From Clostridia bacterium (GTDB taxonomy: Bacteria > Bacillota > Clostridia > UBA1212 > DUPL01): a stretch of DNA of 64,000 bases. Under the pieces are notes generated by a model. That model did not search any database. It was not told the DNA's origin and saw nothing but the letters and a program-made list of their open reading frames with translations. Where the stretch lies: contig JBMNIW010000012.1 in the NCBI GenBank assembly GCA_050951325.1, positions 672,001-736,000 of the forward strand, in the 5' to 3' direction. The stretch's first letter is position 1, and every line of letters starts with the position of its first letter. The position numbers were made by a program, and so were the translations under genes. Positions 58,928 to 64,000 of this stretch are shown here, piece after piece.

Positions 58928-61000
58928 ATGAAGAATTCCAATTTTCTTAGAATATATACGGAGATAGTAAATGAAAAATTACCTGAGAATAACTTAGAAT
59001 GTATTCTAAATGCATTGTGGCCTGCCGGAAGGGATTTCGATAACAGCTTGAAGCTGGGAATCTGTATTTCCGGCAGTGGTGTTTTATACAGTGATTATGG
59101 TAGCCAAAATTTCAGAGAAGACAATGCAATGATTATATTTCCAAATCAAAAGTATAAGCTTTATGCATATGAACCTCATACCAAATGGGTATGCATGGAA
59201 ACAGATGTTTACAGGCTTTTTGGAGAATCTTCCTTGATTAATGCTGAGTATGCATACAAGCTTCTGAAGGAAAGCTACGATAATTCAATAATTATAAGCG
59301 GTAGTAAGTACAACCATATTAAGGATATAATAAAAAAGATATTGAGTGCGTCATCTGACAAACTTGAATATAAGATTGATTTTGTTGCGCTTCATATGTG
59401 CGAACTATTTCTGGAGCTAAAAAAATTTACTCCTACAACCAAGCACTCTGTGATAAGCGGTAATTCTAATGTCCCAGATGTTATTAAACCCGCAATTAAA
59501 ACTATTGAAAATCAATACAATAAAGAGATTAAAATTGATGAACTTGCAAGTATATGCTATTTGAGTCCGGCTGGATTCAGACGCAAGTTTAACGAAGCGA
59601 TGGGTGTCTCGCCCAAATCCTATCTTACCAATGTGCGAATTAAAATGGCCCAACTCCTTTTAAAAAGGACGGATTTGACAATATGCGAAATAGCAAGTCG
59701 TGTAGGTTATGCTAATGTGTCACCTTTTGGAAGGAGCTTTAAACTTATTACCGGTTGTTCTCCAAAAGAGTACAGGGATAAGTTTGGTAAACCCAAACTC
59801 AAAGACCCTTACCCGATCATTTATTCAAATTCTTTAGAAAAATTTAGAATAGGTGCATGGTATGCCATAGATGCTAAATACTTGAGTGATGAATTTATAA
59901 GGGATATAGCAAGGGCAGGAATTAACCTCATTTTTGTAGGCTATGACTATTCTTTGGAAAGGGAGTTTATTCTTAAGTATAGTTATTTATATGGTATAGA
60001 ATGCATATTGGTTGATAACAGTCTGTTTAAAGGTGAAAAGCTAAGAATAGATGACTATATGAGTAGTAGTGCTTTTCTCGGTAATATGATTATTGAGTAT
60101 CCAATGTACCATGAGCTTGGGGTTATTGGCAAACGTATAGAAAGTTACAGCAAAAAACTCCATGATAAAATTCCTTTTGTTGTGTTGTATCCAATGTATG
60201 CATCAGGAAAACAAATGGGAATTGATGATTATAGACAATATATAAATACATTTGCGGATAATTGCATTGAAAAGGTATTGTGTGTGAATATTTATCCCTG
60301 TTATATTGGGCATGAGTACAAAAAGCTGACTTACAAAGACTATTTACAAAATCTGAGTATTGTTTCGGAAGCATGCAGGAAAAACAACCTAGACATGTGG
60401 ATAATCATTCAGTCTATTAGTTTTCATGAAAGTGTACGAATACCAGACAAAATAGACCTTAGATGGCAGATGTATTGCTGTTTGTCATTTGGAGCAAAAT
60501 CAATAACACATTTTTGTTACTGCCTGCCTGTTAAAAGACCTGGCAGCATTGATGTTTTTTCAGGTGCAATGATTTCTATAAAAGGGGAAAAAACAGATAC
60601 ATGGTACAATGCAAGGGAAGTAAATTACGAAATACACAGGCTTTCCGACACGTACATGAGTCACAACCATCTGGGTGCCTTTCTGGTTAATGAAGATTCA
60701 GAACTACCATATATGCATTTTGAAAATCAGTATACCGATTTCAAATACATAAGAAAATTAAATTGCGATAAACCGCTACTTGTTGGGTGTTTTGAGAAAG
60801 CGAACGGAAATGGTGTTGCATTTACGTTGGTCAATATGACGGACCTTTGGAAAAACGAAAGTGTTGTTGTTTCGTTTGAAACAGTTCCGTGTAAGAAGCT
60901 TTGCGTTTACAAGAATGGATATGCGAATGAATCGCTTGAGACAACCTATACTGTGGAATTGTCTTGTGGTGAGGGGGTTTTTGTTACATTGGATTTTTAG
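58928..61000 (+). CDS. AraC-family regulator fused to a C-terminal glycoside-hydrolase-like domain
   Basis: Central HTH (LASICYLS...FRRKF..AMG.SP, IASRVGY....FGRSFK..TGCSPKEYR) followed by about 400 aa with alternating beta/alpha pattern (AGINL, LYPMYA, LRWQMYCCLSFGAK). Confidence 0.8.
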   Translation: MKNSNFLRIYTEIVNEKLPENNLECILNALWPAGRDFDNSLKLGICISGSGVLYSDYGSQNFREDNAMIIFPNQKYKLYAYEPHTKWVCMETDVYRLFGESSLINAEYAYKLLKESYDNSIIISGSKYNHIKDIIKKILSASSDKLEYKIDFVALHMCELFLELKKFTPTTKHSVISGNSNVPDVIKPAIKTIENQYNKEIKIDELASICYLSPAGFRRKFNEAMGVSPKSYLTNVRIKMAQLLLKRTDLTICEIASRVGYANVSPFGRSFKLITGCSPKEYRDKFGKPKLKDPYPIIYSNSLEKFRIGAWYAIDAKYLSDEFIRDIARAGINLIFVGYDYSLEREFILKYSYLYGIECILVDNSLFKGEKLRIDDYMSSSAFLGNMIIEYPMYHELGVIGKRIESYSKKLHDKIPFVVLYPMYASGKQMGIDDYRQYINTFADNCIEKVLCVNIYPCYIGHEYKKLTYKDYLQNLSIVSEACRKNNLDMWIIIQSISFHESVRIPDKIDLRWQMYCCLSFGAKSITHFCYCLPVKRPGSIDVFSGAMISIKGEKTDTWYNAREVNYEIHRLSDTYMSHNHLGAFLVNEDSELPYMHFENQYTDFKYIRKLNCDKPLLVGCFEKANGNGVAFTLVNMTDLWKNESVVVSFETVPCKKLCVYKNGYANESLETTYTVELSCGEGVFVTLDF

Positions 61001-61104
61001 ATGTAATTATTTATTGTTACAAAATGAAGTATTATGTTGACATACAATTTTTTAGATGTAATTATTTATTGTTACAAAATGAAGTATTATGTTGACATAC
61101 AATT
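60994..61104. repeat. Exact 55-bp tandem duplication
   Basis: TTTTTAGATGTAATTATTTATTGTTACAAAATGAAGTATTATGTTGACATACAAT at 60994-61048 and 61049-61103. Confidence 0.95.
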
Positions 61105-61148
61105 AAAAAATATATAATACAATTACAATGTATAAAGGGGGTTATATA

Positions 61149-62327
61149 ATGTTTAAAAAGTTTGTAGTAGTTGTATTGGCGTGTGTGCTTGTTTTGTCAT
61201 TGTTCAGCTTCTCGGCAAATGCCAGCGATGCCATGCATGATAAGCCTGTATATTTCTCCAAAGGTGAAGTGAAAAATGCTGAGATTCCTTTTAAAGGCCA
61301 CAACACAACAGCTGTTGTTGCAGGAGATGTGCTCAAATTGGGTTTCACCGGTGTAGCAGACCCTGGTATTGAGATTAAAATGGTTGAAAATGTAGATACC
61401 AATACATACAAAGTTCTTGCATTCAAGGTTATGAAGACATATGACCAGACCATTAAAGGCGAGATCTTTTATAACGAGAAAGGGTTAGCAGCTGTTGGTG
61501 GGAAAAGTGTAAAATTCGACTATACCGAATCCACAGACTGGCAGTGGATATTTATCAACATGGAAGGCAAGGGTAACGTCGGCTACTTGAGATTTGATGT
61601 GTTTGAAGATGCACCTTCCACCGATACTTTGGCATATGTAGCTGGGTTTGGATTCTTCAAAACACAGGCTGATGCAGAGGCTTACGCAAACAGTGAATAT
61701 GGAGAAAACCTGGGTAAAAGAATTGACGATGTAGGCTTCCCGGTTGAAGCTTGGTTTTCCAAGACTGGGGATTTTCATGTAGGAACATGGATTAACCAGC
61801 ATCCTGAGGGTGAACCTGGATACTTCTGGACAAAATTTAATGCAAATTCATCTTTTATGGGAATCAACATCTTCCTCTTTGGTCACGACACTGAGGAATC
61901 ATATGCTACATGGAAACTATTCAAATATGATAAGAACATTGAAAAAACATTACAGAGTGAGCCTGCAGCAACTGGCGATCTGTCATGCATTGGGAACAAC
62001 TGGTATCTTATAAGGTTTAATAAGCAGGAAAAAGGCCAGTATCTGTTCTATCTAGAGTATACTGGTGGAGAATATCTCGTTGTAGGCAACCATGAAGAGC
62101 CTGTCGGTGAAGGTTTGATTGAATACGGAACTAATGCAAACTACTCCGCTGCCGACAAGAGATATATGACTGGCAGTATCTTCTTTGAAGAAAATGAGAG
62201 TGGTATATACTACGTCCCGATTGTGGCTGATGAGCCAGAAACAATACCTTCAACCGGTGATGTTTCGCTGATTGGTTATGCTGCAATGGCATTTATATCC
62301 GTGCTCATTAAAAAGAAGAAATATTAG
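61149..62327 (+). CDS. Secreted two-domain beta-rich protein with a sortase-like C-terminal signal
   Basis: Signal peptide (..SANA); aromatic-rich beta domains; IPSTGD, hydrophobic stretch and KKKKY. Confidence 0.75.
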   Translation: MFKKFVVVVLACVLVLSLFSFSANASDAMHDKPVYFSKGEVKNAEIPFKGHNTTAVVAGDVLKLGFTGVADPGIEIKMVENVDTNTYKVLAFKVMKTYDQTIKGEIFYNEKGLAAVGGKSVKFDYTESTDWQWIFINMEGKGNVGYLRFDVFEDAPSTDTLAYVAGFGFFKTQADAEAYANSEYGENLGKRIDDVGFPVEAWFSKTGDFHVGTWINQHPEGEPGYFWTKFNANSSFMGINIFLFGHDTEESYATWKLFKYDKNIEKTLQSEPAATGDLSCIGNNWYLIRFNKQEKGQYLFYLEYTGGEYLVVGNHEEPVGEGLIEYGTNANYSAADKRYMTGSIFFEENESGIYYVPIVADEPETIPSTGDVSLIGYAAMAFISVLIKKKKY

Positions 62328-62330
62328 TAT

Positions 62331-62358
62331 AAAATAGGCTGCAAAGGCAGCCTATTTT
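62331..62358. terminator. Palindromic Rho-independent terminator
   Basis: AAAATAGGCTGC-AAAG-GCAGCCTATTTT. Confidence 0.88.
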
Positions 62359-62359
62359 G

Positions 62360-62544
62360 GTTTGCGGGGCATGCTGGCTAGCCGATGGTTTGAAAGAAAA
62401 CCTATCACCTAGCTAATGGGAAGATAAGCTGTAGGTTCTGCACCAAAACGGAAGCCATAGGCAGAATCAGGGTGCAGTATGCGGACGAAGTCGTAGTAGT
62501 GATTAAACCTATATCTGTGAAAGTCGGTAACAGACCTACTATTC
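62360..62544 (+). mobile_element. Probable ORF-less, internally deleted group II intron remnant, or another structured RNA
   Basis: Starts right after the terminator with GTTTGCGGGGCATG; contains GCGGACGAAGTCGTAGTAGTG and CTGTGAAAGTCGGTAACAG (domain III-like); ends CCTACTAT (domain VI-like); no RT ORF and no domain V seen. Confidence 0.45.
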
Positions 62545-62572
62545 AGCCCTAATAAACCAGGGCTTTATTTTT
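62545..62572 (+). terminator. Hairpin with T-tract
   Basis: AGCCCT-N8-AGGGCT followed by TTATTTTT. Confidence 0.55.
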
Positions 62573-62640
62573 GCTTAAATGCATTGATTCTCATATTGGA
62601 TATTGTATAATTATCATAAGAACAAAGATAGGAGGCTGGC

Positions 62641-63834
62641 ATGAGCAAGGACAAGTATATTGCAAGGAGATATGATACTCCGCTTAGGGATATTGAGTAT
62701 ACAAGAATTGTATATGGCAGTGGTAAATATGGTAAAGATACTATAAAACTCATGAAGGAAGTTGAAGAAAGGGATTATCCAAGAGAAATGGAGTATAGTA
62801 TTTTTATCGGAGAGATGCATGGACATACGAATTTATCTGATGCAATTCCAGATATCGATTCATATTTCAGAACAGCAAGAGATGTGGCAAAGTTGGACTT
62901 TGCAGCCATAACAGACCACGACCACGGCGGAGTATTTTCGAGTGAGCTGTGGGGAAAGAAATGGGAGATTACAAAACAGAAAGTAAAGGAGTACTACAAA
63001 CCTGGCGAGTTTACAACCATTCTTGGATATGAAAGAGATTCATACCCTTGGTACAACAATCTTGTAATCTACTATAATTCTCATGATGGTGAATTGTTCA
63101 GAGGAGAAACTGACGGTGAGATAACTAGAGAAGAATTATTGGATTTGCTGAGACGGGATGACATAATTCTTGTTCCTCACACCACCAGTTTTCTTGACTC
63201 AGGTACTGATTTTTACAGCATTCCTAATGAACTTATGACCCCTTTGATTGAAGTATATTCAAGATGGGGAGCGGATGAGTATTTTGACAACCCTTATCCT
63301 GTCAGAATTGGTACGAGAGGCGGGTTCTGGCAGGATGCTTTGAGGAAGGGTGCCAGAATGGGCTGCATCTGTGGGTCTGACGACCATCATGGTACTCCTG
63401 GTTTGATTACAGAAAATGCTCATGCCAATTTAACATACAAATACCCTGGGTTGACAGGAGTGCTGGCTAAGGAGAACTCTGTTTCAGCCATTTTTGAAGC
63501 ACTAAAGGCAAGACGCTGCTATGGTTTTATGGGTGGAAGGATATATGTTGATTTCAGGATTAACGGCCACTATATGGGTGAAGAGTTTGATTCAATGGGT
63601 GAAAGACATATTTACTTTAAAGTGGATGCGGATGCGGAAATTAAGAGAATAACGCTTGTTAAGAACCTTGAAGACTACATGTACTTCCTTGGATTCAGCA
63701 ATACACACACCTATAAAAAACTTGTCTATGATTATGACAAAGTCAACGATACGGATATATATTATCTTCGTGTTGAACTTGTAGATGGAAGGTTTGCATG
63801 GACCAGTCCCATATGGATAAACAAAAATGAATAA
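62641..63834 (+). CDS. PHP-like metallohydrolase (DUF3604/CehA-McbA-like)
   Basis: GEMHGHTNLSD, AITDHDH, GYE, VPH, GSDDHH, AL.ARRCY and AWTSPIW motifs. Confidence 0.8.
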   Translation: MSKDKYIARRYDTPLRDIEYTRIVYGSGKYGKDTIKLMKEVEERDYPREMEYSIFIGEMHGHTNLSDAIPDIDSYFRTARDVAKLDFAAITDHDHGGVFSSELWGKKWEITKQKVKEYYKPGEFTTILGYERDSYPWYNNLVIYYNSHDGELFRGETDGEITREELLDLLRRDDIILVPHTTSFLDSGTDFYSIPNELMTPLIEVYSRWGADEYFDNPYPVRIGTRGGFWQDALRKGARMGCICGSDDHHGTPGLITENAHANLTYKYPGLTGVLAKENSVSAIFEALKARRCYGFMGGRIYVDFRINGHYMGEEFDSMGERHIYFKVDADAEIKRITLVKNLEDYMYFLGFSNTHTYKKLVYDYDKVNDTDIYYLRVELVDGRFAWTSPIWINKNE

Positions 63835-63909
63835 GGTGGTTTGAATGAATTAGAAGTCGAGGGACAAAAAAGAGGATGATTTCAGAATTACTGGGCGAGG
63901 GTGAGTGAT

Positions 63910-64000
63910 TTGAATACATATTCATTACCTCCTGTTAAAGCGGGCAGAAAACTTGAGTACAAGCACTTTCCAACACGCATGCAGCTTTTCATATATCGAA
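63910..64000 (+). CDS. 5' end of an uncharacterised gene running off the window
   Basis: GAGGGTGAG RBS and TTG start; open frame MNTYSLPPVKAGRKLEYKHFPTRMQLFIYR. Confidence 0.55.
   Translation, partial: MNTYSLPPVKAGRKLEYKHFPTRMQLFIYR

Noticed and set aside
60994-61104. CRISPR array
   Set aside because: Two abutting 55-bp copies with no spacers and no cas genes; no array was seen anywhere in the window
63845-63907. Small ORF after the PHP-like gene
   Set aside because: The ATG is followed by a stop at the third codon; no support for a coding region

Overview
Chromosomal window from a low-GC Clostridia-type (Bacillota) anaerobe; the taxonomy is inferred from gene content and synteny. Housekeeping blocks are comEA/mecA, DUF4321-radC-mreBCD-PBP2-minDE-mutL-miaA, lexA, oadB/oadG, carB and rpsU-recJ-relA-dtd-MBL-hemZ. 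They alternate with carbohydrate-utilisation islands containing a Gfo/Idh/MocA plus TIM-barrel pair, CBM32 lipoproteins, GH3, GH42, a GH106-like gene, two paralogous unclassified GH-like proteins and two sortase-type anchored proteins. I found no rRNA, tRNA, CRISPR array or intact transposase. The most notable observations are: (1) a doubly frameshifted secreted tandem-repeat protein translationally coupled to an unannotated 35-aa peptide with a YxxPxL...T-x-S RiPP-leader-like pattern; (2) a Leu T-box riboswitch in front of an acyl-CoA ligase; (3) an AraC regulator fused to a degenerate glycoside-hydrolase-like domain; (4) a probable ORF-less group II intron remnant directly behind a terminator; (5) gene remnants and an exact 55-bp tandem duplication in the 51-63 kb accessory region. 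All family assignments come from motif recognition by eye, not from database searches.
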